A stretch of 56,173 nt of DNA, from positions 1-56,173 of the forward strand of contig CALWOW010000020.1 of NCBI GenBank assembly GCA_944383295.1, written 5' to 3'. This document shows, piece after piece, positions 1 to 10,358 of the stretch. The stretch's first letter is position 1; every line of letters starts with the position of its first letter. This DNA comes from an uncultured Clostridia bacterium (GTDB lineage: Bacteria > Bacillota > Clostridia > Christensenellales > UBA1242). The position numbers and the translations under genes are program-made. The notes beneath the pieces were generated by a model. It was not told the origin of the DNA and did not search any database. It saw nothing but the letters and a program-made list of their open reading frames with translations.

Positions 1-3000
1 ATGTCACCTGCTTTGGTAGATGAAACTAATGGTTATGTCTTTTACGAACAAGGGTCAACTCCTTTGTTTACAACAAAAGTTGATGCTAAACAAAAATACG
101 TATTTAAGCAATGGAATATGCTTTATACAACTGATTCGGTTAAAAATTGGTCAGTGTTTGAAAGAGTTTCAAATCTTGAAAGTGCACAATTTTTCACAAA
201 TCATGATGCTACATTAATTTCTGTATTTGATTATAGGGAATATACTATTTCTCTTGCTATTAATTCAGAAAATTATAATGCAAGTGAATCGACTATAAAA
301 ATAGGTGAACAAAGTATAACACTTGCCGACCAATTAGCAGGCTCTTATATAAAAGCTAATTATTTGGATGTAGTTGAATTTAATTTAGTACCAAATGCAG
401 GATTTGAGGTGGCTAGTTGGAATTGCGAATATCCAGATGCTTTGTTAAGTGATGGAGCAACTGCTACATTAAGTTTGAGTACGTTCTTGGATAAATATTT
501 AGAGACAAATGGCTCTACAAATCTACCAACAAGTATTTCTGTAACTGCACTATTAGAAGCAAAAACATACACTTTTACTACTAATGCAAATTTGGATAGT
601 GTTGGTACTGTCGCTGTGTATTCAGAAGGTGTTGAATATAACGAGGGAACTGTTACTTTTGGTAAAAACTTAGAATTAAAAGCGACAGTTACAGATGCAA
701 GCTACGAATTTATCGGTTGGGAGGTAAATGGTGAAATAGTAAGCCAAATGCCAACTTATAGCTTTACAGTAAGTGATTATGAAAATGGTTCGTTGCAGAT
801 AACGGGTGTTTTCGAAAAGAAAAAATATAGTGTTGTTTTAACACAAACAAATGGCGGTAGCGTCGCTGTAACAACCCCAGCAACAGGTGTATATTATTAC
901 GGTGATACCATTACAATTACTGCTGTACCTGAATACGGATATGAATTAAATGGCTTTACGTTGTCAATCGGTGGACAAAATGTAGATTTGACCTCGGTGG
1001 ATGACAGTGTTGCTAAGGTTGATTTAGCAAACGGAACGTTAATCATATACAACATAACAGATAATATTGCTTGTTCAGCTGTTTTTAACCCTATTTCATT
1101 TGATTTTACTGTAATTCTTAGCCATGAAAACGGTGCATCTGTTTACAATGGTACAAACACAGAAGAAAATTCACTTCTTGGCACTCATTCGTTCGTTTAT
1201 AAGCAATATATCACTTTAGGCATTGAGTTAGCCGAGGGGTACAAGTTAATTAGCATAACAGATGAAAATAATGAAAACTATTTCTCTGGTCACAGCATTC
1301 AAATTTTAAAAGATACTGTCCTTACTATAACTTTAGAACAAATTAAGTTTACAGTTAGTGTTTCAATATCGGTTGATGATAAGACATACAACTTGCAAAA
1401 CGACTGTATTGAAGGTGCTGGCGAATATGTTTATGGTAGTGAAGTTCGTGTTGCAATAAACTATCCTGAGATGTTCGATTTTGCATATTGGGAAGTTGAA
1501 GGAAATACGATTGAAAATGCTGTTATCGATAACGTAAATGCAGTATTTACTTGTCCACGCATTTTACAACATATTACTCTTAAAGCACATTTAAAAGTAA
1601 AAACGGTTTCTTTGACTTTTGATGTTAGGGGATTAAATACTGATGGAGATTGGTATAAGGTAAATGGTTCGGCCATTAAATCTAAATATACTATTAAAAA
1701 ACAATACAGAACACAAATCGATGTTGAGTTAATTAGTCTTTCAAATGTATCATCTACATTTAGTTATTGGGAAGTAAATGGTGTTCCAGTTTCACAAGAA
1801 TCTTATTACTCATTTATTGCTGAAAGTGAAGACTTAAATATTACTGCTGTTTATGTACCAACAAATTATTCAGTTTCAACCTATGTTGTTAGATGGAATA
1901 CTGATAGTAATATTTACGACAGTCTAGAAGATGCTGGAACAATATCGGGCTTAAGTGCTAATATGGTAGAATACGGCAAAACTATTACACTAACCGCTAC
2001 AGCAAAAGATGGTTATAAATTTGTAGGCTGGTATGTTTGGGATTACACATCTACAAATTCACGTGGTGCAAAGATTACAGCAGAGGCTACTCTTGAATAC
2101 GAGATAACCAAAGATACTAGGATTTATGCAAATTTTGAGCGTATATCTAAAGTAGTGATTAGTATGTCTGATTCAAATGCTGGTACAGTTACAGGTGCAG
2201 GTGAATATTTGGCAGGCGAATCTGTTACAGTAACAGCAAAAGCGAACCAAGGTTATCGTTTAGTATGTTGGAAAGAAAGCGGTGAAGTTGTAAGTAATAA
2301 TACAAATTATACGTTTACTACTAATAGAAATGATAGGACAATTACAGCAGAATTTGAGCCTGTGTTTACGATTGCTTTAAAGACAAATAATGATAGTTAT
2401 GGTAAAGTTGTTGGTAACACAACAGGGAAGTATCGTGAAAATGTTGTTTTGCAAGCGGTGAGTGAAAACAACTGCTCCTTTGTTGGCTGGGTTATTAATG
2501 ATGTAGTGGTTAGTACTGCTGATACATTAAGCCTTAACTTAAACGGTAACATGGAAGTTTATGCTTTATTCAAAAAGAATTTCGATTGGAATATATTGAT
2601 TATTCTGGCAGGTTGCTTCTTGTTCGCAATTGTGTTGATTGCAGGTTCTGCAGCTTATATTAAGATGAGAGAATCTGAACCAATGCCTGTACGTGTGTTG
2701 ATGAGTAGTAAGGATGACAAAGAATTGTTGCAAAAACCTCAAAAACGCAAACGCTACCGTGATACAATCGAGCCAGTTCCTACAAGGAAGAATACAAAAG
2801 CTAATGTTGCTCCAATCCCTGTTCGTAAAATTACAGTTGCGCCAATTAATCACAAAGGTGAACTTGTTGGTCGTAAACAAAAAGCTATCGAAGAAAAACC
2901 AACACTGAATACTGAAATTAAAGATGAAAAAGCTGAAGTTGAAGAACAAAATTTAGAGACAAAAGTAGCAAAGACCACCGCTACAAAGTCGAAAACAAAT

Positions 3001-3087
3001 TCTAAAGCTAAAACAAAAAATTCATCTAAAAAATCAAAATCTTCTGGGAAAAAGACCAATAAAAAATCGAATTCTAAAAAGAAATAA
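1..3087 (+). CDS. Large surface protein with InlB B-repeat-like (Flg_new_2-type) repeats, C-terminal TM anchor and Lys-rich tail; probably 5'-truncated by the window edge
   Basis: Repeated 'GY.F.GW ... I.A.F' beta modules; TM WNILIILAGCFLFAIVLIAGSAAYI; basic tail; ORF starts at base 1 so upstream context is not visible. Confidence 0.75.
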   Translation: MSPALVDETNGYVFYEQGSTPLFTTKVDAKQKYVFKQWNMLYTTDSVKNWSVFERVSNLESAQFFTNHDATLISVFDYREYTISLAINSENYNASESTIKIGEQSITLADQLAGSYIKANYLDVVEFNLVPNAGFEVASWNCEYPDALLSDGATATLSLSTFLDKYLETNGSTNLPTSISVTALLEAKTYTFTTNANLDSVGTVAVYSEGVEYNEGTVTFGKNLELKATVTDASYEFIGWEVNGEIVSQMPTYSFTVSDYENGSLQITGVFEKKKYSVVLTQTNGGSVAVTTPATGVYYYGDTITITAVPEYGYELNGFTLSIGGQNVDLTSVDDSVAKVDLANGTLIIYNITDNIACSAVFNPISFDFTVILSHENGASVYNGTNTEENSLLGTHSFVYKQYITLGIELAEGYKLISITDENNENYFSGHSIQILKDTVLTITLEQIKFTVSVSISVDDKTYNLQNDCIEGAGEYVYGSEVRVAINYPEMFDFAYWEVEGNTIENAVIDNVNAVFTCPRILQHITLKAHLKVKTVSLTFDVRGLNTDGDWYKVNGSAIKSKYTIKKQYRTQIDVELISLSNVSSTFSYWEVNGVPVSQESYYSFIAESEDLNITAVYVPTNYSVSTYVVRWNTDSNIYDSLEDAGTISGLSANMVEYGKTITLTATAKDGYKFVGWYVWDYTSTNSRGAKITAEATLEYEITKDTRIYANFERISKVVISMSDSNAGTVTGAGEYLAGESVTVTAKANQGYRLVCWKESGEVVSNNTNYTFTTNRNDRTITAEFEPVFTIALKTNNDSYGKVVGNTTGKYRENVVLQAVSENNCSFVGWVINDVVVSTADTLSLNLNGNMEVYALFKKNFDWNILIILAGCFLFAIVLIAGSAAYIKMRESEPMPVRVLMSSKDDKELLQKPQKRKRYRDTIEPVPTRKNTKANVAPIPVRKITVAPINHKGELVGRKQKAIEEKPTLNTEIKDEKAEVEEQNLETKVAKTTATKSKTNSKAKTKNSSKKSKSSGKKTNKKSNSKKK

Positions 3088-3094
3088 AAAATAT

Positions 3095-3121
3095 AAAAAC
3101 CGCAAATAAACTGCGGTTTTT
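3095..3121 (+). terminator. Rho-independent terminator
   Basis: AAAAACCGCA-loop-TGCGGTTTTT just after the stop codon. Confidence 0.7.
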
Positions 3122-3136
3122 ATATTAGGAGTGTAT

Positions 3137-3559
3137 ATGTTATTTTTAGCAAATGACCACGCAGGTTTCGAATTAAAAACTAAAATAATAAAATATTTAA
3201 AGAAACAAAAAATTGATTTTCAAGATTTAGGTGCGTTTTCTAATGAAAGAACTGATTATCCTAAATTTGCCAAATTGCTAGCAGAAAAAGTTTTACAAGA
3301 CGAAAGCAACAAAGGAATTTTAATCTGTGGTACAGGTATTGGTATGAGTATAGTTGCTAACAGATTTCCTAAAATAAAGGCAGGTCTTTGTAAAAATTGT
3401 AAAACGGCAAGATTAGCAAGACAGCATAACGACATAAATGTGTTGGTACTTGCTGGACGTAGTACTTGTGCTATAAAAGCTAAGCGTATGGTAAAAATAT
3501 TTTTGAATACGCCAGCACTAGAAGGAAGATATGCAGAAAGAAGAAAACAAATCGACTAA
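3137..3559 (+). CDS. rpiB: Ribose-5-phosphate isomerase B (RpiB/LacAB family)
   Basis: ANDHAG, DYP, ICGTGIGMSI.AN and ARQHND motifs; AGGAG RBS before ATG 3137. Confidence 0.9.
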   Translation: MLFLANDHAGFELKTKIIKYLKKQKIDFQDLGAFSNERTDYPKFAKLLAEKVLQDESNKGILICGTGIGMSIVANRFPKIKAGLCKNCKTARLARQHNDINVLVLAGRSTCAIKAKRMVKIFLNTPALEGRYAERRKQID

Positions 3560-3644
3560 TTTAGTGAAAAAGTTTGGTTAAATTCCAAACTTTTTTTAAT
3601 ATATAAGAAAAAGTACTAATATATATATAAGAAAGGAGAAAATT

Positions 3645-4322
3645 ATGAAAATTCGTTATCTATTTTCAATCTTGCCTATATGTTTAGTATTTTTATTGTC
3701 TGGGTGTACTGTGTCTGCTGAAGAAATAGCAAAAAATAATTTAGCAGAAATTCATTACAATTACTTTACAGGCTCAACGCAAAATTTTAAAGTGTCAATG
3801 TGGAGTGGGGTGAGAGAAGAACCTTATGAAACAAATGGTATTCGAGAGAGTTTGGTTGATTTTTGTGTCATAAGTGTCGTGCCTCAAAACAATGTGAGTA
3901 CATTTGGTTTAAGCTATACAGTAGAAATAAATTCAAAAACTTATAATGGAGAGTTTGAGCAAAGCCCATTTGACAAAACACTTGCCGCTGATTTGGAAAT
4001 TCAATTAAATGAAAGCGATTCAATTTTTGCCTACATTATAGTTGATGGTGTTACCGAAATCAGTAAAATGGAATGCATTTCTAAAAATTTTGGTATAAAC
4101 AGTACACAGGCGTTGGATATTGCCATTAAAAACTATTCACAAGAAATTCTCACTTTATCAAATAACGGTAAAATATCATTAGAAGGGTATTGTAAGATTA
4201 TAAGTACAGACAAAAATTTGGGTGTGTATTTTTGGTATATTAGGTTTGTAAATGTAGATAAAAAAGAAATATCTATGGTAATAGATACCAACTCAGGAGA
4301 AATAGTTGCAAAAAAATTGTAA
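3645..4322 (+). CDS. Hypothetical lipoprotein
   Basis: Signal peptide with lipobox LLSGC; AAGGAG RBS. Confidence 0.7.
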   Translation: MKIRYLFSILPICLVFLLSGCTVSAEEIAKNNLAEIHYNYFTGSTQNFKVSMWSGVREEPYETNGIRESLVDFCVISVVPQNNVSTFGLSYTVEINSKTYNGEFEQSPFDKTLAADLEIQLNESDSIFAYIIVDGVTEISKMECISKNFGINSTQALDIAIKNYSQEILTLSNNGKISLEGYCKIISTDKNLGVYFWYIRFVNVDKKEISMVIDTNSGEIVAKKL

Positions 4323-4455
4323 CATTTATTTGATTTTTTTAATAAACTGACAGTGTAGAGATAAATCAAGAATAAAGTACAAAAGATTTTATATACGAAA
4401 GAATTTACATAATGAAAAATTTCCTTAATAAACAATAGAATTGGAGGTCCAAAAG

Positions 4456-4674
4456 ATGTTTAGCAAATTATTCAGCGGAATGGGCTGTGGCTGTAACGCT
4501 GGTAAAAATTCTAGTTGTGATGTTTTAACTTGGTTAGTTATACTTTATGTTTTAATGAATTGTGGTATTCTTAACTGTGGGTTAGACTGGTGCACTATTT
4601 TGATTTTGCTTTTATTCTTCTGCTGTTGCTTCAAGAAAAACAACTGCGGATGTGGTGCTTACGACTGCAACTAA
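4456..4674 (+). CDS. Small Cys-rich membrane protein, possibly sporulation-associated
   Basis: GGAGG RBS before ATG 4456; 72 aa with 12 Cys and two hydrophobic segments. Confidence 0.65.
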   Translation: MFSKLFSGMGCGCNAGKNSSCDVLTWLVILYVLMNCGILNCGLDWCTILILLLFFCCCFKKNNCGCGAYDCN

Positions 4675-4913
4675 AAAATTAACAATCTAAAAAGTTGTCC
4701 TTAAAATTTTTAAGAAAGCCTTTTTAGGTTGTTTTTATTTTCGACAAAATAAGTTTAAATTTGACAGCATAAATCTAAAAAAAGACCTCAAACTAGAATT
4801 GTAAAAAAACAAATATTTTGTTAAAATGTTTGCGAAAAGTAGTCGTAATTTGTTGACAAAATTTTGGTAATGTTATACAATCGTAATGTTACAATATAAC
4901 AAGGAGACCTTAA

Positions 4914-7900
4914 ATGAAAACGAAATTATTTGGCAAAATGACTTTATTTGCTTTCGTACTTATGGTGACTATGTCTTTAGGTTTTATGAGCCCTATGCTT
5001 TCTAGTAGTTTGAGTGGTGCAACTGAAGTTACACCAACAGGACAAGGCCGTGTTATCGAATTGACTGGATATGTCGCTGAGTATGATTTAAACGATGCAA
5101 AATCTTATAAAGTTAGCGAAACAGAAACTATAGAAGGTTTTGCTTTACCAAAAGCAGTCGTAAAAGAAACCACAGGTTCTACATCTGGTGAGACTGCAAC
5201 GATAGAAGTAAGAAATTCAGCAAGTAAGAAAATTGATTACAAAACAAGTACTGATGGCGTAAATTTCTTGAATGTGAACGAATCAGGAAAGTATTATGTA
5301 ACTTATTCTGTTGAAAACGGTGGCGTTACTACCGCTACTCGTGATATTGTTATCAATATTACTACTGATGAAGTAAGCTTTGATTTCGCTGAAAATTCAG
5401 CACAAATTATCCCTACAACAGCAGTCGCTGGTGACGAGATTGTTTTCCCAATGCCATCAATTAAACAAGGCGATGAAGTTTTGAAAGAACCAGGTGAAAT
5501 CAGCATTACATTGCAAGGCGCTGATTTGGGAACTCGTGATTTACAAGACAAGGTAGTAGATGGCAAAACTTTCAAATCTTACACAATTGCAGATACCGAT
5601 GAGGGTACATTTACACTTACTTACAGCTATGAACACAATGGAAACACAATTTACAAAAAATTTACATTTAATGTAGTAAAAAATGCTCCAGAAGTTCAAT
5701 TAAAGTACAGTGGGTATAGTAGTTCTCTTGAAAACTTGAAATTGGTGGTAGGTGAGGAAGCTAGTTTACCTCAACCTGTTGTTGTAAACAGCAAGGCAAA
5801 CGACGCTGTTGTTACTGATGTTTACACTGTAGTTACAGTTAAAAACAAAAATACAGGCGAAACATTTACTGTTACTGACTTTAAATTTACACCAACAAAA
5901 GATGGCGATTATTTAATCACATATTTGACTACCGATTTGAATGGTAAACATTCTTGTGGTTCTCAAATCAATAAAAACTATGTAAAGAAATCAGGTGACA
6001 GCATTACTTTGAAAGTTGTAGATGACTACGCTGTTGATGATGTTGTGACTATGAAAGAAAACTTTGATGAGTTGGAAAATGTAGATTACAACATTCCTAC
6101 AATCGTTTACAAAGTTACAGGCAGTGATAAAACAGTTAGTTTCCCTGCAGTATTTGCAACTGGCGGTTGGGGTGAGTACAAAAACTTAAAACTTACTCGT
6201 ACTATTTACAAGAATAACAGTTTGCAAGCAGTTTTGGAAGAAACTAAAAAGAGCGGAACTGACGAATACTACAAGGCTAACGAATCTGCTTCATACACAT
6301 TTAGTTCTGCTGGTACTTATACAATTAGATATCAAGCAGTTTATGTTGACGATGAGGGCAACGCTTTAGGATATGACACAACAAAACAACTTCCTAGTTA
6401 CACAATTGTAGTAGAAGAAGTTGATGCTGATGTTACTGAAACTGATTTGACTGTTAAAGCTCCAAATAGTATGCCTAAATCAACTAGAAAAGGTAAAACA
6501 ATTACTTTCAATGCTCCAACAGCAACTGACTACAAGAGTGGTACTACAACAATAGCCGACAAAAACTTAAAGATAGAGGTATCTTACGCTTTTGATGGTA
6601 TAACAACCACTACACCTTTATATGCAACTAAAAACAGTGATGGAACATATTCAATTGAAATTGTTGAACCAACAAACATTTCAGAGGGTACATGGGCAAG
6701 TGTTACAGGTTTAACAGTGACATTTAAGGCAACTAATGACCTTGGGAATCCCGCTACAGCAACTTCAAGAATTGCTATCGTTGATTACTCATCTGATACA
6801 ACTGCACCTACATTAGCAAAAGTTACTCCAGCTAGTGGTAGTGAAACAGATAAAATTGCTTTATCAACAGTACAATTTACAGATGCAAATAGTTTAACTG
6901 TATCTGCATATGTTACAAAGGGTAGCAAAGTACTTGAAGTTTACAACGCAACAACAGGCACCGATGTAACTTTGGAGGGTATTGTTTATACTCCTGTTGA
7001 AGCTGGTGACTACACAGTAACTTATGTTGCTATTGACCAAAACAACAACACTACAACTTATTGTGAAAACTACACAGTTGAATTTAAAGACGGTTATGCC
7101 GTTTCTATTGACACAATTTCTTCACAAGAATACGGTACAACTATTAACTTGCTTGACAAAATTCAAATTACTAAAAATGGTGCTAATGTTGATATGAGTA
7201 CTATTACAGTACAAATGACCAACGAAGAAGTTACTCAAGAAACATTAAATGGTTTGGCTAATGATACTTTGCTTATTCAAGTTATAGGTGACTACAGATG
7301 GCCTTCTTATGACAGACTTGACGGAGAAATAATTACACAAGAAGGTAGCATTGAAGTTAGAGCATGGGCAAAAACTGATGATATTTGTGATTTAGACAAA
7401 AATGGTTCAGTAAAGATTAGTTTTGCTACTTCTGACACTCAAGCTCCAACATTTACTATTGAAAATGAAAATCTAGACAATACTTCATATGCATTTAACA
7501 GTAATGACACTAGTGAAAATGTTATAGAATTGCCTTGGTTTAAAAATGTTGATGACAACAATGGTGCTGGTGTTGACTATGATTCAATGAAAATTACATT
7601 GACATACCAAAATGATAGCGAAAGTAGCCCATTTGCAACATTTACTAGAACTGATTACGAAGCTTTAGGTGCTGGGGAAAACTTGAAATTTACAGCAACT
7701 AAACAAGGTAAGATAAACGTAGTTTACTCTGTTAAGGATGTAAACAATCGTGAATCAACTCGTACATTCGTGTTGAATATTGGTGATGTTACTCCACCAG
7801 AAATTGTAGTAGCTAATGATGCAATTAGTGCTCCTACTAAAGTGGCTGATGATGGAAAAATAAGTATTGACTTAAGCAAAATTACTGTAGAAAATGATGA

Positions 7901-8255
7901 CTTATCTTCTGATGATATTACAATAGTAGTTAAACGTGACGGTACAACTTTAACCACCACAAAAGAAAATGGATTTGTAACTGTTGATGCAAACACTGCT
8001 GGTACTTATGTTGTTACATTCGACATTAAGGATGCAGCAAACAATTCTGCTCAAACTATTACAAAAACATTTACCGTTTCAAATAATGTTGTTAGTCCTA
8101 CAAACTCATCTACTGTTTGGGGAACTATATTAATCATTATTAGTTTAATAGTATTAGGACTTGTAATATTCTTCTTTGTAAAACCTAGTAAAAGCAAAGG
8201 AACTACAATTTCTACACCAAAAGCAAAAGATAAAGACAACAAAGAAAACAAGTAA
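4914..8255 (+). CDS. Large secreted multi-Ig-like-domain surface protein with C-terminal TM anchor
   Basis: N-terminal signal peptide; repeated G.Y.VTY.A.D and D.TAP Ig-type modules; TM VWGTILIIISLIVLGLVIFFFV; upstream TTGACA..TACAAT and AAGGAG. Confidence 0.75.
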   Translation: MKTKLFGKMTLFAFVLMVTMSLGFMSPMLSSSLSGATEVTPTGQGRVIELTGYVAEYDLNDAKSYKVSETETIEGFALPKAVVKETTGSTSGETATIEVRNSASKKIDYKTSTDGVNFLNVNESGKYYVTYSVENGGVTTATRDIVINITTDEVSFDFAENSAQIIPTTAVAGDEIVFPMPSIKQGDEVLKEPGEISITLQGADLGTRDLQDKVVDGKTFKSYTIADTDEGTFTLTYSYEHNGNTIYKKFTFNVVKNAPEVQLKYSGYSSSLENLKLVVGEEASLPQPVVVNSKANDAVVTDVYTVVTVKNKNTGETFTVTDFKFTPTKDGDYLITYLTTDLNGKHSCGSQINKNYVKKSGDSITLKVVDDYAVDDVVTMKENFDELENVDYNIPTIVYKVTGSDKTVSFPAVFATGGWGEYKNLKLTRTIYKNNSLQAVLEETKKSGTDEYYKANESASYTFSSAGTYTIRYQAVYVDDEGNALGYDTTKQLPSYTIVVEEVDADVTETDLTVKAPNSMPKSTRKGKTITFNAPTATDYKSGTTTIADKNLKIEVSYAFDGITTTTPLYATKNSDGTYSIEIVEPTNISEGTWASVTGLTVTFKATNDLGNPATATSRIAIVDYSSDTTAPTLAKVTPASGSETDKIALSTVQFTDANSLTVSAYVTKGSKVLEVYNATTGTDVTLEGIVYTPVEAGDYTVTYVAIDQNNNTTTYCENYTVEFKDGYAVSIDTISSQEYGTTINLLDKIQITKNGANVDMSTITVQMTNEEVTQETLNGLANDTLLIQVIGDYRWPSYDRLDGEIITQEGSIEVRAWAKTDDICDLDKNGSVKISFATSDTQAPTFTIENENLDNTSYAFNSNDTSENVIELPWFKNVDDNNGAGVDYDSMKITLTYQNDSESSPFATFTRTDYEALGAGENLKFTATKQGKINVVYSVKDVNNRESTRTFVLNIGDVTPPEIVVANDAISAPTKVADDGKISIDLSKITVENDDLSSDDITIVVKRDGTTLTTTKENGFVTVDANTAGTYVVTFDIKDAANNSAQTITKTFTVSNNVVSPTNSSTVWGTILIIISLIVLGLVIFFFVKPSKSKGTTISTPKAKDKDNKENK

Positions 8256-8387
8256 TTTCGAATAAATAAATTATAAAGAGGGAAAATTATCTCTCTTTAT
8301 TTTTTGTATTGAAAATAATCCTTATTTGTGATATAATAATAGTTAATTATTTGGGTAATACTAATAAAGATAAAGTGTAGGGGAAAT

Positions 8388-10358
8388 ATGGAAGATAAAA
8401 AATTTGAATTAGTGTCAAATTATAAGCCAACGGGTGACCAACCACAAGCAATTGATAAATTAGTGGAAGGTGTAAATGATGGTTTGAGAGAACAAGTGCT
8501 GTTGGGGGTAACGGGCAGTGGTAAAACTTTTACAATGGCGAATGTTATTGCAAAGCTAAATAGACCTGCGTTAGTTTTGGCGCATAACAAAACGCTAGCA
8601 GCTCAACTTTGTAATGAGTTTAGAGAATTTTTTCCACACAATCGAGTGGAATATTTTGTGAGTTACTATGACTACTACCAACCTGAAGCGTATATTCCTA
8701 GTAGTGATACTTATATTGAAAAAGATTTAGCGATAAATGATGAAATTGATAAATTGAGACACAGTGCAACCTGCTCTTTACTTGAACGCAGAGATGTAAT
8801 TGTTGTCGCTTCGGTGTCTTGTATTTATGGTTTAGGCAACCCTGAAACTTACTACAATATGGGGCTTAGTCTTAGAGTTAATCAAGAAGTTGATATGCGT
8901 AAAGTAATACAAAAATTAATCTCTATGAGATATGAAAGAAATGATGTCGATTTTGCCCGTTCTTGTTTTCGATTGAAAGGTGATACATTAGATATATTTC
9001 CTTCATATAGTAGTGAGGTTGCTATTCGTGTTGAGTTTTTTGGCGATACTATAGAAAGAATATTTGAGTTTAATCCTGTAACAAACAATAAAATTAATAG
9101 TTTGGAGCATTTTCTGCTTTTCCCTGCGACACACTTTGGTGTTAGTGATGAAAACCTTGCTGTTGCACTTGAAGAGATAAAAAACGATGCTAAAATTGCA
9201 GAAGAACAATTCACTGCACAAGGAAAGTTAATTGAAGCACAGCGTATCAAGGAAAGAGTGGCTCACGATGTCGAAATGATACAAGAAATGGGATATTGTA
9301 ATGGTATAGAAAATTATTCTCGATATTTTGACGGAAGAAAGCCGGGGGAAGCCCCTTATGTTTTGCTTGATTATTTCCCTGACGATTTTATCACTTTTGT
9401 CGATGAATCACATATTACATTACCTCAAGTACGTGGGATGTACAATGGTGATTTGGCGAGGAAGAAAAATTTGGTTGAGTATGGCTTTAGGTTGCCATCG
9501 GCTTTTGATAATAGACCTTTGACTTTTGAGGAGTTTGATGAGAGAATAGGACAATTAATTTGCGTTTCTGCTACTCCAGCAAAGTACGAATTAGATAATG
9601 CAGGACAAGTTGTAGAACAAATAATTAGGCCTACAGGATTGGTTGACCCAGAAATTGAAATTCGCAAGACAAAAGGGCAAATTGATGATTTGATGGGTGA
9701 AATATTCAAAACCGTTGAACAACAGGGTAGAGTACTTGTTACTACTCTTACTAAACGCATGGCAGAAGATTTGACTACATTTTTTATGGAACACGGTATT
9801 AAGGTTAAATATCTACATAGCGAGATAGATACTTTGGAACGAATTGAAATAATCAACGGCTTGCGTTCGGGCGATTTTGATGTAATAGTAGGTATAAACT
9901 TGTTGAGAGAGGGGTTGGATTTACCTGAAGTACGACTTGTCGCAATATTAGATGCAGATAAAGAAGGATTTTTACGAAGCGATACGTCTTTGATACAAAT
10001 TATAGGTAGAGCTGCTAGAAATGCAGATGCTCGGGTAATTATGTATGCGGATAACATGACTGATAGTATGAAAAGAGCAATCGATGTGACGGAACGTCGT
10101 AGAAAAATTCAACAAGAATACAATAAACAACACAACATTGTGCCAAAAACTATTGTGAAAGATATTAAAAACACTATTGAAATTACTAAAAAATTAGATT
10201 ATACTAAAGATGATATAAAGACAAAAGATTTGAGGGCTGAGATAGATAGAATAAAAGGTTTAATGCAAGTTGCTAGTAAAAATCTCGAATTTGAAAAAGC
10301 AATTGAATTACGTGAGCAATTAAATTATTTGCGTAAATTATTAAAAGAGGAAAAATAA
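8388..10358 (+). CDS. uvrB: Excinuclease ABC subunit B
   Basis: GVTGSGKT Walker [11 protein letters not shown] beta-hairpin, DESH, C-terminal UVR domain. Confidence 0.98.
   Translation: MEDKKFELVSNYKPTGDQPQAIDKLVEGVNDGLREQVLLGVTGSGKTFTMANVIAKLNRPALVLAHNKTLAAQLCNEFREFFPHNRVEYFVSYYDYYQPEAYIPSSDTYIEKDLAINDEIDKLRHSATCSLLERRDVIVVASVSCIYGLGNPETYYNMGLSLRVNQEVDMRKVIQKLISMRYERNDVDFARSCFRLKGDTLDIFPSYSSEVAIRVEFFGDTIERIFEFNPVTNNKINSLEHFLLFPATHFGVSDENLAVALEEIKNDAKIAEEQFTAQGKLIEAQRIKERVAHDVEMIQEMGYCNGIENYSRYFDGRKPGEAPYVLLDYFPDDFITFVDESHITLPQVRGMYNGDLARKKNLVEYGFRLPSAFDNRPLTFEEFDERIGQLICVSATPAKYELDNAGQVVEQIIRPTGLVDPEIEIRKTKGQIDDLMGEIFKTVEQQGRVLVTTLTKRMAEDLTTFFMEHGIKVKYLHSEIDTLERIEIINGLRSGDFDVIVGINLLREGLDLPEVRLVAILDADKEGFLRSDTSLIQIIGRAARNADARVIMYADNMTDSMKRAIDVTERRRKIQQEYNKQHNIVPKTIVKDIKNTIEITKKLDYTKDDIKTKDLRAEIDRIKGLMQVASKNLEFEKAIELREQLNYLRKLLKEEK

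Noticed and set aside
8256-8387. LexA (GAAC-N4-GTTC) box upstream of uvrB
   Set aside because: No match seen in the intergenic region
8882-10057. Long antisense ORFs (122 and 210 aa) within uvrB, and similar ones in dnaK, ileS and the surface-protein genes
   Set aside because: Shadow frames of conserved genes with no RBS or recognisable motifs
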